This document shows, piece by piece, positions 19,782 to 29,052 of a stretch of DNA of 61,822 nucleotides. The stretch's first letter is position 1, and the number at the start of each line of letters is the position of its first letter. A program made the translations under genes and the position numbers. Source of the DNA: Candidatus Shapirobacteria bacterium. GTDB taxonomy: Bacteria > Patescibacteriota > Microgenomatia > PFEM01 > JAPLYW01. Where the stretch lies: the NCBI GenBank assembly GCA_026395335.1, contig JAPLYW010000015.1, positions 1 through 61,822 of the forward strand, given 5' to 3'. The notes beneath the pieces were generated by a model. That model was given only the letters and a program-made list of their open reading frames with translations, was not told the origin of the DNA and did not search any database.

Positions 19782-20433
19782 TCCTATTAGTTTCAGATTG
19801 CCTTTGAATAAGGATTGGAAATCCCGTTGGTTTTCGGCGAATAAAAAACAATATCAGATTAATTTATTGGAAGATGTTCATTTGCGTAGGTTTTTATTGG
19901 GAAAATTAAAGTTGGCTGGCATTTCTCAAGTCCAGATTGAAAGATCAATCAACAAAATGAAAATTATTTTATTTGTCAGCCGTCCTGGAGTAGTTATCGG
20001 TCGGGGTGGTTCAGGTTTAGAACTTTTGAAAAAAGATGTCTGTAAGATGGTTTCTATGGCCCAGCCGGAGAAAAATCTGGAAATAGAAGCTGTGGAAGTT
20101 AAAAATCCCGATTTAAGCGCTTATTTAGTTGCCCAAAAAGTAGCAGAACAATTGGAAAGAAGATTTCCTTATCGTCGTGTTGTTAATAAAACAATTGAAA
20201 GTACTATGGCATCTGGAGCTAAAGGTATAAAAATTATTCTTGGGGGTCGGGTAGGCGGAGCAGAAATTAGTCGTCGGGAAAAATTTGGTGATAAAGGAAA
20301 AACCGGAAACATTCCTTCTCAAACTTTAAGAGCCAATATTGATTTTGCCAGTACCCCAGCTTTAACTAGATCAGGTTTTGTAGGAGTCAAAGTTTGGATT
20401 TATAAAGAAGATAATAAAAATAATCAGGAATAA
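19765..20433 (+). CDS. rpsC: 30S ribosomal protein S3
   Basis: MGQKVNPISFRL, KH-domain RPGVVIGRGGSGLE, GRVGGAEISRRE. Confidence 0.96.
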   Translation: MGQKVNPISFRLPLNKDWKSRWFSANKKQYQINLLEDVHLRRFLLGKLKLAGISQVQIERSINKMKIILFVSRPGVVIGRGGSGLELLKKDVCKMVSMAQPEKNLEIEAVEVKNPDLSAYLVAQKVAEQLERRFPYRRVVNKTIESTMASGAKGIKIILGGRVGGAEISRREKFGDKGKTGNIPSQTLRANIDFASTPALTRSGFVGVKVWIYKEDNKNNQE

Positions 20434-20436
20434 AAA

Positions 20437-20847
20437 ATGTTACAACCTAAAAAAACTAAATTTAAAAAACAATTTCGGGGAAAAAGAAGAGGTTTGGCAA
20501 CCCGTGGGGCTGATTTGGCTTTTGGTCAGTTTGGTTTAAAGAGTTTAGGTCGTAATTGGTTGACGGATCGACAAATTGAAGCTGCCAGAAAAGCCATTAG
20601 TCATCATACTAAAAGAGTTGGTAAAGTTTGGATTAGAGTTTTTCCTGATAAACCAATAACAAAGAAACCCAGCGGTGTGAGAATGGGTGGCGGTAAAGGT
20701 GATATTGTAGGCTGGGTTGTTCCAATTATTCCGGGTAAGATTATTTTCGAATTAGCAGGAGTTTCTCAAGAAATCGCTCAGATAGCTTTAAGAAGAGCCG
20801 GAGCTAAATTACCTTTTAAAACTAAAATTATTAATAAAATGGAATAA
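20437..20847 (+). CDS. rplP: 50S ribosomal protein L16
   Basis: [28 protein letters not shown]. Confidence 0.96.
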   Translation: MLQPKKTKFKKQFRGKRRGLATRGADLAFGQFGLKSLGRNWLTDRQIEAARKAISHHTKRVGKVWIRVFPDKPITKKPSGVRMGGGKGDIVGWVVPIIPGKIIFELAGVSQEIAQIALRRAGAKLPFKTKIINKME

Positions 20848-20854
20848 TATTTTT

Positions 20855-21058
20855 ATGAAAATAAAAGAGATTAAAGAATTACATCAAAAAAAGATAGAAG
20901 AGTTAAAAATTATGTTGGAAAAAATTGCTAAAGAAATAGTTAATTTTAGAATGGAAAAACAATCAGGCAAATTAAAAAATGTTAGTCTTTTAAATAAGAA
21001 AAAAAGAGAAGTTGCCAGAATTAAAACAATTATAAAAGAAAAGGAGATTAATTTATGA
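20855..21058 (+). CDS. rpmC: 50S ribosomal protein L29
   Basis: 67 aa coiled K/E-rich protein located between rplP and rpsQ. Confidence 0.88.
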   Translation: MKIKEIKELHQKKIEELKIMLEKIAKEIVNFRMEKQSGKLKNVSLLNKKKREVARIKTIIKEKEINL

Positions 21059-21315
21059 AGCAATTAATTGGTATTGTTTTAGCAAAAAAAATGACTAAGA
21101 CGGCTAAAGTTTTAGTAGACAGAATTAAAGTACACCCGCTTTACAAAAAAAGAATTAAGATTAAAAAATCTTATCAAGTTCATGATGAGCTTGGAACTAA
21201 AGTTGGTGATCGGGTTAAATTTCGGTCTTGTCGTCCTTTTAGTAAAACCAAAAGATGGAAAATTATAGAAGTTATTAATCTTAAGGAAAACAAAAAGAAA
21301 GACAAAAAGGTATGA
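21055..21315 (+). CDS. rpsQ: 30S ribosomal protein S17
   Basis: GIVLAKKMTKTAKVLVDRIKVHPLYKKRIKIKKSYQVHD; ATGA overlap with rpmC. Confidence 0.94.
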   Translation: MKQLIGIVLAKKMTKTAKVLVDRIKVHPLYKKRIKIKKSYQVHDELGTKVGDRVKFRSCRPFSKTKRWKIIEVINLKENKKKDKKV

Positions 21316-21680
21316 TTCAATTAAGAACAATTTTAACCCCAGCTGATAATACCGGCGCCAAAAGATTAATGGTTATCCATGTCTATGGTGGTTCCAGAAG
21401 GGCAATAGGGCATGTGGGAGATATAGTTATGGCTGTAGTTGATAGATCTGATGTTAACGGAATGGTTAAAGATAAAGAAAAAGTAAAAGCCTTAATAGTA
21501 AGAACCAGAAAAGAGCTTAAACGTGCAGATGGTTCTTATATCCGTTTTTCGGATAATGCTGGAATTATTATTGATAAAGACGGTAATCCAGTTGGTACTC
21601 GGGTTTTCGGTCCAATTGCCAGGGAGATTAAAGAGGCGGGATATGCTAAAATTGTTTCCTTAGCTACGGAGGTATTATGA
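21312..21680 (+). CDS. rplN: 50S ribosomal protein L14
   Basis: MIQLRTILTPADNTGAK, IRFSDNAGIIID. Confidence 0.96.
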   Translation: MIQLRTILTPADNTGAKRLMVIHVYGGSRRAIGHVGDIVMAVVDRSDVNGMVKDKEKVKALIVRTRKELKRADGSYIRFSDNAGIIIDKDGNPVGTRVFGPIAREIKEAGYAKIVSLATEVL

Positions 21681-21982
21681 AATTAAAAAAAGGCGATCAA
21701 GTTATTGTTCTTTATGGTAAAGATAAAGGGCGAAAAGGGAAAATTGAAAAAATTTTTCCAAAAACAGGGAAAATATTAATACCTGGAGTGAATATTTATA
21801 AAAAACATTTAAAGCCACAAGGTGAAGGTAAACCAGGTGGAATTATTGATAAAGTTTTTCCGCTACCTTTAGCTAATGTAGCTCTTTTATGTCCTAAATG
21901 TAATAAAAGAACCAGAATTGGTTATCAAATTGATAAAGAAAATAAATATCGAATTTGTCGAAAATGCGGTTCAATTTTATAA
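21677..21982 (+). CDS. rplX: 50S ribosomal protein L24 (Cys4 zinc-ribbon variant)
   Basis: KLKKGDQVIVLYGKDKGRKGKI; CPKCNK...CRKCG. Confidence 0.93.
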   Translation: MKLKKGDQVIVLYGKDKGRKGKIEKIFPKTGKILIPGVNIYKKHLKPQGEGKPGGIIDKVFPLPLANVALLCPKCNKRTRIGYQIDKENKYRICRKCGSIL

Positions 21983-22008
21983 ATTTTTTATAAATTTAAA
22001 AAAATAAT

Positions 22009-22548
22009 ATGACTTTGCAAGAAAAATATAAAAACGAGATTAATCAAAAATTAGCTAAGGAATTTTCATTAGATAATTTTTTAGCCGTTCCGGCAGTTAA
22101 AAAAGTGGTGATTAATATGGGGTTAGGAGAAATGGCTCGTGATAAAGGCTTAATTGAAAAGGCTACGGAAGATTTAAGAATTATTACTGGTCAGAAGCCA
22201 AGAATTAATAAAGCTCGTCTTTCTATCGCTGGTTTTAAATTAAGAAAGGGCGATCCGGTTGGCTTAATGGTGACATTAAGAGGAAAAAGGATGTATCAAT
22301 TTTTGGAAAAATTATTTAGAATTGTTTTGCCGAGATTTAGAGATTTTCGAGGTGTTCCTCTTTCTGGTCTTGATGGTCAGGGAAATTATAATCTAGGAAT
22401 TTCTGAACAAATCGTTTTTCCAGAAATTGATTATGCAAAAGTTGATAAGATTCGGGGATTACAAATTACTTTTGTAACTAGCGCTAGAAATAATCAGCAA
22501 GCTAAAAGATTATTAGAAGAATTAGGAATAGCTTTTGAGAAGAAATAA
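22009..22548 (+). CDS. rplE: 50S ribosomal protein L5
   Basis: [34 protein letters not shown]. Confidence 0.96.
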   Translation: MTLQEKYKNEINQKLAKEFSLDNFLAVPAVKKVVINMGLGEMARDKGLIEKATEDLRIITGQKPRINKARLSIAGFKLRKGDPVGLMVTLRGKRMYQFLEKLFRIVLPRFRDFRGVPLSGLDGQGNYNLGISEQIVFPEIDYAKVDKIRGLQITFVTSARNNQQAKRLLEELGIAFEKK

Positions 22549-22553
22549 CCAAG

Positions 22554-22739
22554 ATGGCAAAAATTTCGAAAATTGTTAAAAATCAAAAAAAATTAAAATA
22601 CCCAGGCCGGAAACGTAATCGTTGTCAACTTTGTGGTCGACCAAGAGCCTATTTGGGACAGTTTGGCCTTTGCCGGCTTTGTTTTCGGGAATTAGCTAAT
22701 AAAGGAGAGTTACCTGGGGTAACTAAAGCATCATGGTAG
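22554..22739 (+). CDS. rpsN: 30S ribosomal protein S14, type Z (zinc-binding)
   Basis: 61 aa with [25 protein letters not shown]. Confidence 0.95.
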   Translation: MAKISKIVKNQKKLKYPGRKRNRCQLCGRPRAYLGQFGLCRLCFRELANKGELPGVTKASW

Positions 22740-23131
22740 TTACAGATCCAATCGCTGATATGTTAATCAGAATTAAAAACGGTTATTTAGCCAGAAAAAA
22801 ACTGGTAGAGGTTCGCTGGTCTAAAATTAAAGAGAGAATTGCCACGATTTTAGTTAAAGAAGGATTTCTAAAAAATGTCAAATTAAAAATGAATGGCAAA
22901 TTTCAGATTATGGAAATGGAATTAATTTATCATGGTAAAGAAGCAGCGTTAATCCAAGTAAAAAGAATTTCTAAATCAAGCGTTAGAATTTATGCTAAAG
23001 CTAAAAAAGCCCCTCAGGCTAGGAGAGGTCTAAACGGGATTACGATTTTAACCACGTCTCAGGGGATAATGACTAGCAAGGAAGCAGCTAAGAAAAATAT
23101 TGGTGGAGAAGTTATTTGTCAAATTTGGTAA
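22733..23131 (+). CDS. rpsH: 30S ribosomal protein S8
   Basis: [26 protein letters not shown]. Confidence 0.96.
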   Translation: MVVTDPIADMLIRIKNGYLARKKLVEVRWSKIKERIATILVKEGFLKNVKLKMNGKFQIMEMELIYHGKEAALIQVKRISKSSVRIYAKAKKAPQARRGLNGITILTTSQGIMTSKEAAKKNIGGEVICQIW

Positions 23132-23136
23132 AAAAA

Positions 23137-23189
23137 TAAGAACCCCCCGACGGTACGTCGGGAGAACCTTGTTTCTCGTAAAATTCGAA
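23137..23189 (+). repeat. Junction repeat, hairpin type (copy before rplF)
   Basis: TAAGAACC-CCCGACG-GTA-CGTCGGG-AGAACCTTGTTTCTCG-TAAAATTCGAA-ATG. Confidence 0.8.
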
Positions 23190-23759
23190 ATGTCAAGAAT
23201 AGGTAAACAACCAGTTATAATTCCTCAAGGAGTAACCGTAGAAATAAACGGTCAGTCTATTATTGTTAATGGGCCAAAAGGTTCTCTAACGATGAAATTT
23301 CGGCCGGAAATTAAAGTTATAATTGAGGGAGAAAAGATTATCGTTTCTACTAAAGATAATCAACGAGCCACTCGGGCTTTGTTTGGAACTGTCCGTAATT
23401 TAATTGCCAACATGATTGAAGGTGTGACTCAAGGTTTTATTAAAACTTTAAAGATTGTAGGAACTGGTTATCGGGTTAAATTAGAATCTGATTCCGAAGG
23501 AGAAAAAATTATTCTTTCTTTAGGTTTTTCTCATCCAGTAGAAGTAAGAGCTGTTGAAGGAACTAATTTTGAAATTGAAGGCAATGATTTAATCAAAATA
23601 AAAGGTTTAGATAAGGCCATAGTCGGACAATTGGCTGCCAAAATTAGAGACATTTATCCACCGGAAGTTTATAAAGGTAAAGGAATTCGTTATCAGGATG
23701 AAAAACCCAGAAGAAAAGCTGGCAAAGCCGGTAAAGCCGGAGCTGGAGGAGCTAAATAG
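23190..23759 (+). CDS. rplF: 50S ribosomal protein L6
   Basis: Starts MSRIGKQPVIIPQGV, the canonical L6 N-terminus. The ORF-track start at 23100 would translate the repeat element and overlap rpsH. Confidence 0.93.
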   Translation: MSRIGKQPVIIPQGVTVEINGQSIIVNGPKGSLTMKFRPEIKVIIEGEKIIVSTKDNQRATRALFGTVRNLIANMIEGVTQGFIKTLKIVGTGYRVKLESDSEGEKIILSLGFSHPVEVRAVEGTNFEIEGNDLIKIKGLDKAIVGQLAAKIRDIYPPEVYKGKGIRYQDEKPRRKAGKAGKAGAGGAK

Positions 23760-23761
23760 AA

Positions 23762-24064
23762 ATGAAAAAAAACATTCAACAAACAAGATTAAGATTAGCA
23801 GTTTATCGTTCTAGTAAAGCAATTTCAGCCCAAATTATTGACGATAAAAAGAGTTTGACTTTAGTAGCGGTTAGCGAAAAAGATTTAAAAGGCAAAACAA
23901 AAATAACTAAATTAGAGAAAGCGGCATTGCTTGGTGAAATTTTAGCCCAGAAAGCTATTAAAAAAGGATTAAAAAAAGTTAGATTTGATCGACGGAATTA
24001 TCATTATCATGGTCGCGTTCAGGCTTTAGCAGAAGCAGCTCGTAAAGGAGGCTTAGATTTTTAA
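23762..24064 (+). CDS. rplR: 50S ribosomal protein L18
   Basis: RLAVYRSSKAISAQIIDD, DRRNYHYHGRVQALAEAARKGGL. Confidence 0.94.
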   Translation: MKKNIQQTRLRLAVYRSSKAISAQIIDDKKSLTLVAVSEKDLKGKTKITKLEKAALLGEILAQKAIKKGLKKVRFDRRNYHYHGRVQALAEAARKGGLDF

Positions 24065-24529
24065 ATGTATAATAATCAACAAAAAGAATTTAAAGAATTT
24101 GAAGAAAAAATTGTCCAAATTAATCGGGTATCCAAAAAAACTAAGGGTGGTAATAGAATTAGTTTTTCTGTTTTAGTGATTGCAGGTGATAAAAAAGGTA
24201 AAATTGGAGTTGGTTTAGGTAAAGCTTTGGATGTTAACGGGGCCATGAAGAAAGCTATAAGTTTAGCTCAAAAGACGATGGTTCAAATTGAAATTAAAGG
24301 GACAACAATTGCCCATGAAATTTTAATAAAAAAAGGAGCTGCTAAAATTCTTTTAAAACCGGCTCCGGTAGGAACAGGTATTATTGCCGGCGGTGTTGTC
24401 CGTATGGTAATGGAAATTGTGGGAATTAGAGATATTGTTTCTAAAATTTTAGGTAGCAATAATAAAGCTAGTAATATTTATGCGACGATAGAAGCTTTAA
24501 AAAGTTTAAAAAATAAAAAAGAGAGCTAA
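24065..24529 (+). CDS. rpsE: 30S ribosomal protein S5
   Basis: INRVSKKTKGGNRISFSVLVIAGD, GTGIIAGG. Confidence 0.95.
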   Translation: MYNNQQKEFKEFEEKIVQINRVSKKTKGGNRISFSVLVIAGDKKGKIGVGLGKALDVNGAMKKAISLAQKTMVQIEIKGTTIAHEILIKKGAAKILLKPAPVGTGIIAGGVVRMVMEIVGIRDIVSKILGSNNKASNIYATIEALKSLKNKKES

Positions 24530-24537
24530 GATAAAAA

Positions 24538-25056
24538 ATGAAATTAAACCAATTACCAAAATCAATCACCAGAAACAAAAAAAGACTTGGTCGGGGTTAT
24601 GGTTCCGGCAAAGGTGGTCATACTTCTTCTCGTGGGGCTAAAGGCGATAACGCTCGGGGAAAAGTTGCCTTAATTTTTGAAGGTACAAAAATGAAAAAAT
24701 CTTTTTTAAAGCGATTACCTTTACGTCGGGGTAAAGGTAAATTTAAACCTCAACATAACAAACCATTAATTATTAACTTAGATCAATTAAACATTTTATC
24801 TAAAGAAAGTTTAGTGAATATTGAAACTTTAGTTAAGGTCGGTTTAGTCGTAGAAAAAGAAGCTAAAATTTATGGAGTCAAAATTTTAGGCAATGGAGAG
24901 TTAAAAATTGCTTTAAAAGTTGCATTACCCTGTTCTGGATCAGCTAAGAAAAAAATAGAAAAAGCTGGCGGAAAAATTATTGAGAAATTGGCTCCAGCGA
25001 TAAAAGAAACTCAGGTACTTCCTAAAAACAAAAAAAACTTAAAGAAAAAAGTTTAG
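24538..25056 (+). CDS. rplO: 50S ribosomal protein L15
   Basis: KRLGRGYGSGKGGHTSSRGAKG. Begins 8 nt after the rpsE stop, leaving no room for rpmD. Confidence 0.94.
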   Translation: MKLNQLPKSITRNKKRLGRGYGSGKGGHTSSRGAKGDNARGKVALIFEGTKMKKSFLKRLPLRRGKGKFKPQHNKPLIINLDQLNILSKESLVNIETLVKVGLVVEKEAKIYGVKILGNGELKIALKVALPCSGSAKKKIEKAGGKIIEKLAPAIKETQVLPKNKKNLKKKV

Positions 25057-25059
25057 AAG

Positions 25060-26349
25060 ATGAATAAAATTTTAACTACGATTTTAAACGCCTGGAAAGT
25101 CCCAGAGCTGAGGAAGCGTATTTTATTTACAGCTTTAATTTTTGTTATTTTTCGTTTAGCTGCTCATATTCCTGTTCCTTCAGTAAATCTCGTTGCTTTA
25201 AAAGAACTTTTTTCCAAAAATCAACTTTTGGGTTTGTTAGATATCTTCTCCGGCGGGACCTTGGCTAATTTTTCTATTATGGCTTTAGGTTTAAATCCTT
25301 ATATTAATTCTTCAATTATTTTCCAACTTTTAACAATGGTCGTTCCAAGTTTGGAAGCACTCCAAAAAGAGGGTGAATACGGCCGGAAAAAAATAAATCA
25401 ATATACCCGTATCCTTACAGTTCCTTTAGCTGCCTTACAGTCTTTTGGAATGTATGCTCTTTTAAGAAATCAAAAAATCATTATCGACCTTAATTTTATT
25501 AATATTATTGCTTTAATTGTAACTATGACTGCCGGAACACTTTTTTTGATGTGGTTGGGAGAGCTGATTTCCGAAAAAGGTATTGGTAATGGTATTTCCA
25601 TGCTTATCTTTGCCGGTATTGTGGGCCGTTTACCCGTTTCACTTGGTCAAACATTATCAGTTTTTAATCCGGAAAACTTTTTTAATTTAATAATATTTAT
25701 TGTTATGAGTTTAGGGGTCGTAGCCGGTATTGTTTATATAAATGAAGCTGCAAGAAAAATAAGAATTCAATATGCTCGTCGCATTTCCGGACAAAAAATG
25801 TATGGCGGTCAATCAACATATTTGCCTTTAAAAATTAACCAAGCTGGAGTTATTCCTATTATTTTTGCCGTTTCCTTAGTTCTTTTACCGTCAATGATTG
25901 GTAGTTTTCTTCAAAATGTTCCTAATGTGGCTATCGCTAGATTTGCCGGTGGTTTGGCTAAGTTTTTCCAACCAAATGGGGTTGTTTATAATTTATCCTA
26001 CTTTATTCTAGTTATTGGTTTTACCTATTTTTATACAGCCGTAGTTTTTAATCCTAAGAAAATTGCTGAAGAAATTAAAAAATATGGCGGTTTTATTCCT
26101 GGCATCAGGCCTGGTGAGCCAACGGTAATTTATTTAAATAAGATTTTAAACAGGATTACTTTAGTTGGAGCGATCTTTTTAGGTTTAATTGCTATCCTGC
26201 CTTCAATTGCTCAAGGTTTAACTGGAATTGCTACCATGAGTATTGGCGGTACCGGTATTTTAATCGTTGTTTCCGTTATTTTGGAAACAACTAAACAATT
26301 AGAGTCGATGATGGTAATGAGAAGTTACGATGGTTTCTTAAAAAAATGA
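25060..26349 (+). CDS. secY: Preprotein translocase subunit SecY
   Basis: 429 aa with 10 TM segments; [37 protein letters not shown]. Confidence 0.96.
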   Translation: MNKILTTILNAWKVPELRKRILFTALIFVIFRLAAHIPVPSVNLVALKELFSKNQLLGLLDIFSGGTLANFSIMALGLNPYINSSIIFQLLTMVVPSLEALQKEGEYGRKKINQYTRILTVPLAALQSFGMYALLRNQKIIIDLNFINIIALIVTMTAGTLFLMWLGELISEKGIGNGISMLIFAGIVGRLPVSLGQTLSVFNPENFFNLIIFIVMSLGVVAGIVYINEAARKIRIQYARRISGQKMYGGQSTYLPLKINQAGVIPIIFAVSLVLLPSMIGSFLQNVPNVAIARFAGGLAKFFQPNGVVYNLSYFILVIGFTYFYTAVVFNPKKIAEEIKKYGGFIPGIRPGEPTVIYLNKILNRITLVGAIFLGLIAILPSIAQGLTGIATMSIGGTGILIVVSVILETTKQLESMMVMRSYDGFLKK

Positions 26350-26987
26350 ACATTATTATTTTAGGTCCACAAGGTTCCGGGAAAGGCACTCAAGCTAATC
26401 TTTTAGCGCAAAAGAAAGAGCTGTTCCATTTGGAGACCGGTAAAATTTTAAGAGGATTAGCTGGTCAAAAGACAATTTTAGGAGAAAAAATCGCCGATTT
26501 TCAAAGACAAGGGAAATTGGTTCCCAATGAGATTACTATTGAGGCCTTAAAGTCTTTTTTAACCGAAGAAAATTTTAAAAAAGGTATTTTATTTGATGGT
26601 TTTCCTAGAAATTTAGTCCAAGCGGAATTATTAATAAAAGAATTAGCTAAGTATCATGGGGTTATTGATAAAGTAATCTTTTTAAAAATTTCTTTTGAAG
26701 AATCTTTAAGAAGACTTTTAGCTCGGCGAAATTGTCCCGTTTGTGGCCGTAGTTATAATTTGGTTACTTTACCGCCGAAAAATGGAGAAGTTTGTGATGA
26801 TTGCGGAGTCCAGCTAATCGCCAGAAAAGACGAAAATGAAGAAGCGATTAAACAGAGATTGGCTGCTTATCAAAAAGAAACAGTTCCTTTGATTGATTAT
26901 TATCGCCAGAAAAATCTTTTATTGGAAATTAATGGAGAACGTCCTATTGATGTGATCCATCAGGATATTTTGGAAAAAATAGGTTAA
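26346..26987 (+). CDS. adk: Adenylate kinase (zinc-lid type)
   Basis: [28 protein letters not shown]...CDDCG. Confidence 0.95.
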   Translation: MNIIILGPQGSGKGTQANLLAQKKELFHLETGKILRGLAGQKTILGEKIADFQRQGKLVPNEITIEALKSFLTEENFKKGILFDGFPRNLVQAELLIKELAKYHGVIDKVIFLKISFEESLRRLLARRNCPVCGRSYNLVTLPPKNGEVCDDCGVQLIARKDENEEAIKQRLAAYQKETVPLIDYYRQKNLLLEINGERPIDVIHQDILEKIG

Positions 26988-27002
26988 CATTTTAGTAAAA
27001 TT

Positions 27003-27761
27003 ATGATAACTATCAAAAGTAAAGAGGAAATTGAGATTATGCTTGAGGGAGGACGACGTTTAGCAGAAGTTATGGAAGAAGCGATTAATTTATCTAAAGC
27101 AGGTATTGCTCTTTATCAGCTTGAAGAAAATATTGAAAAATCAATTTTACAAAAGGGAGGACAACCTTCTTTTAAAATGGTGCCTAATTATCATTGGGCT
27201 AGTTGTTTGAATATTAACCAAGGTGTGGTTCATGGTATTCCTAATAAATACCATTTAAAAGAAAATGATTATCTAAGTTTGGATATTGGTTTTTTCTATA
27301 AAGATTTTCATACCGATATGTCCCGGACTATAAAAATTGAAAATGGGAAAGATAAAAAAAAAGAGGATAAATTTTTGGAAATCGGCAAAAAGGCTTTAGA
27401 AAAAGCTATTGAAGCAGCTAAATCCGGAAATCGCGTTGGTCATATTTCCGAAGCTATTGAAAAAACAGTCAGGATGGCTGGTTATAGTTCCGTAGAAGCT
27501 TTAACCGGGCATGGAATAGGTCATAGTTTACATGAAAATCCGCCAATCCCTTGTTTTTTGCCAGGTAATATTAAATCAACCCCTTTATTGAAAACAGGTA
27601 TGACTTTAGCTATAGAGGTTATTTATAATCAAGGTAGTTCCGATTTAGTTTTAGGTGAAGATAATTGGACGATTGAAACAGCTGATGGTAAATTAGCCGG
27701 ACTTTTTGAAGATACAGTGGCTATCTTTGAAGATAGGTCTATAGTTTTAACAAAAAAATAA
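27003..27761 (+). CDS. map: Methionine aminopeptidase type I
   Basis: VVHGIPN, DIGFFYKDFHTDMSRT, LTGHGIGHSLHE, AIEVIY. Confidence 0.95.
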   Translation: MITIKSKEEIEIMLEGGRRLAEVMEEAINLSKAGIALYQLEENIEKSILQKGGQPSFKMVPNYHWASCLNINQGVVHGIPNKYHLKENDYLSLDIGFFYKDFHTDMSRTIKIENGKDKKKEDKFLEIGKKALEKAIEAAKSGNRVGHISEAIEKTVRMAGYSSVEALTGHGIGHSLHENPPIPCFLPGNIKSTPLLKTGMTLAIEVIYNQGSSDLVLGEDNWTIETADGKLAGLFEDTVAIFEDRSIVLTKK

Positions 27762-27815
27762 GAACCTATCGAAGCGATAGAACCTTGTTTCTCTCCGGCG
27801 AAGCCGGATCGAAAT
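27759..27815 (+). repeat. Junction repeat, double-hairpin type (after map; its TAA is the map stop codon)
   Basis: TAAGAACC-TATCG-AAG-CGATA-GAACCTTGTTTCTC-TCCGGC-GAA-GCCGGA-TCGAAAT. Confidence 0.8.
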
Positions 27816-27850
27816 TAGCTTCTAGACTAAATGCTTTAGGTTTGGTAAAA

Positions 27851-27888
27851 TAAGAACCGTCCCCGACGTAATGTTGGGATAACCTTGG
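27851..27888 (+). repeat. Junction repeat, truncated hairpin type (immediately before infA ATG)
   Basis: TAAGAACC-GTCCCCGAC-GTAAT-GTTGGGAT-AACCTTGG-ATG. Confidence 0.7.
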
Positions 27889-28107
27889 ATGGATAAAAAA
27901 GAAAAAAAGTTAGAGTTTGAAGGTGAAGTGGTAGAAAGTCTACCAAATACTACTTTTCGCGTTAAGCTTAATGATACGCGGTTGGTTTTTTGTCATTTGG
28001 CAGGAAAAATGCGGCTGTATCATATAAAAGTTATGGCTGGGGATAAAGTTAGAGTAGAAATGACGCCTTACGATGAAACTAAGGGTAGAATTACACAAAG
28101 ATTTTAA
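27889..28107 (+). CDS. infA: Translation initiation factor IF-1
   Basis: 72 aa with [41 protein letters not shown]. Confidence 0.95.
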   Translation: MDKKEKKLEFEGEVVESLPNTTFRVKLNDTRLVFCHLAGKMRLYHIKVMAGDKVRVEMTPYDETKGRITQRF

Positions 28108-28166
28108 AATTCGAAATAAACAAGTTTGTTTCTCATAAAATTCGAAATAAACAAGTTTGTTTTTAA
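28107..28166 (+). repeat. Two tandem 30-nt hairpin-less junction-repeat units
   Basis: AAAATTCGAAATAAACAAGTTTGTTTCTCAT followed by AAAATTCGAAATAAACAAGTTTGTTTTTAAC, directly before the rpmJ ATG. Confidence 0.85.
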
Positions 28167-28170
28167 CAAA

Positions 28171-28284
28171 ATGAAAGTACAAGCAAGTGTAAAAAAAAGA
28201 TGTCGAAAATGTCGTTTAGTCCGGCGTCGCCGGAAGCTTTTTGTGATTTGCGAAAATCCGACTCATAAACAAAGACAAGGATAA
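28171..28284 (+). CDS. rpmJ: 50S ribosomal protein L36 (not in the ORF track; too short)
   Basis: Hand translation gives [37 protein letters not shown], the canonical L36 sequence and position between infA and rpsM. Confidence 0.93.
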   Translation: MKVQASVKKRCRKCRLVRRRRKLFVICENPTHKQRQG

Positions 28285-28296
28285 AAAAATAAAATT

Positions 28297-28701
28297 ATGC
28301 CAAGAATTGCAGGGATTGATTTACCAAAAGAAAAAAGAACAGATATCGGTTTAACACTGATTTACGGTATTGGCCGAAAAAATGTGGTAAGAATTTTATC
28401 TGAAGCCAAAGTTGATCCAGCTAAAAGGATTATGCAGTTAAGTGATGAAGAATTGGCTAAGATCAATAAAGTAATGGAACATTTTTTGGTTGAGGGTGAT
28501 TTAAGAAAAAGAGTTTCTCAAAGTATTCAAAGGTTAAAAACGATAGGGGCTTATCGTGGTTCGCGTCATATTAAAGGATTACCGTCACGCGGTCAGCGAA
28601 CTCGTTCTAATGCCAGAACTAAAAGAGGTAAGAGAAAAACGATAGGCGCTTTAAAGAAAGAAGCCGCAGCTGCTAGAGTGACGGAAGGAAGCAATAAGTA
28701 A
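28297..28701 (+). CDS. rpsM: 30S ribosomal protein S13
   Basis: [40 protein letters not shown]. Confidence 0.96.
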   Translation: MPRIAGIDLPKEKRTDIGLTLIYGIGRKNVVRILSEAKVDPAKRIMQLSDEELAKINKVMEHFLVEGDLRKRVSQSIQRLKTIGAYRGSRHIKGLPSRGQRTRSNARTKRGKRKTIGALKKEAAAARVTEGSNK

Positions 28702-28708
28702 AAAATTT

Positions 28709-29050
28709 ATGAAAGGAAAAGTTTTTATTAACGCTACTTTTAATAATACTTTAGTTACTTTTACTGATATGGAGGGTAAAGTTTTATGTTGGGGGTCTAC
28801 AGGTTCTTCTGGTTTTAAAGGGACGAGAAAATCTACTCCTTATGCTGCGACAACAGCAGTTGATACGGTATCAAAAAAAGCGCAGGAAAAAGGCGTTACA
28901 GAAATTGAAGTTTATATTAAAGGACCAGGACCAGGTAGAGATGCAGCTTTAAGAGCTTTAAGATCAGTTGGTTTAAAAATGAGTTTAATTGCGGATGTGA
29001 CTCCGATTCCCCATAACGGACCACGTCCAAGAAAAAGAAGGAGAGTATAA
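28709..29050 (+). CDS. rpsK: 30S ribosomal protein S11
   Basis: [45 protein letters not shown]. Confidence 0.96.
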   Translation: MKGKVFINATFNNTLVTFTDMEGKVLCWGSTGSSGFKGTRKSTPYAATTAVDTVSKKAQEKGVTEIEVYIKGPGPGRDAALRALRSVGLKMSLIADVTPIPHNGPRPRKRRRV

Positions 29051-29052
29051 AA

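Noticed and set aside
21312-21315. Alternative genetic code (TGA or TAA reassignment), as found in some CPR lineages, to explain the in-frame TAA at 36950.
   Set aside because: TGA terminates rpsQ, rplN, secY and secD at ATGA overlaps with well-conserved protein ends. TAA and TAG terminate most conserved genes at the expected positions, and Trp is encoded by TGG. The standard code 11 fits.
23100-23189. N-terminal extension of rplF from the ORF-track start at 23100.
   Set aside because: It would overlap rpsH and translate the junction-repeat hairpin. The canonical L6 N-terminus MSRIGKQP begins at 23190.
27759-27815. Integron attC-like interpretation of the repeat, given an imperfect palindrome right after stop codons.
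   Set aside because: The flanks are direct repeats (AGAACC ... AGAACC), not inverted. There are no RYYYAAC/GTTRRRY core sites and no integrase, and the flanking genes are core ribosomal genes in conserved order.
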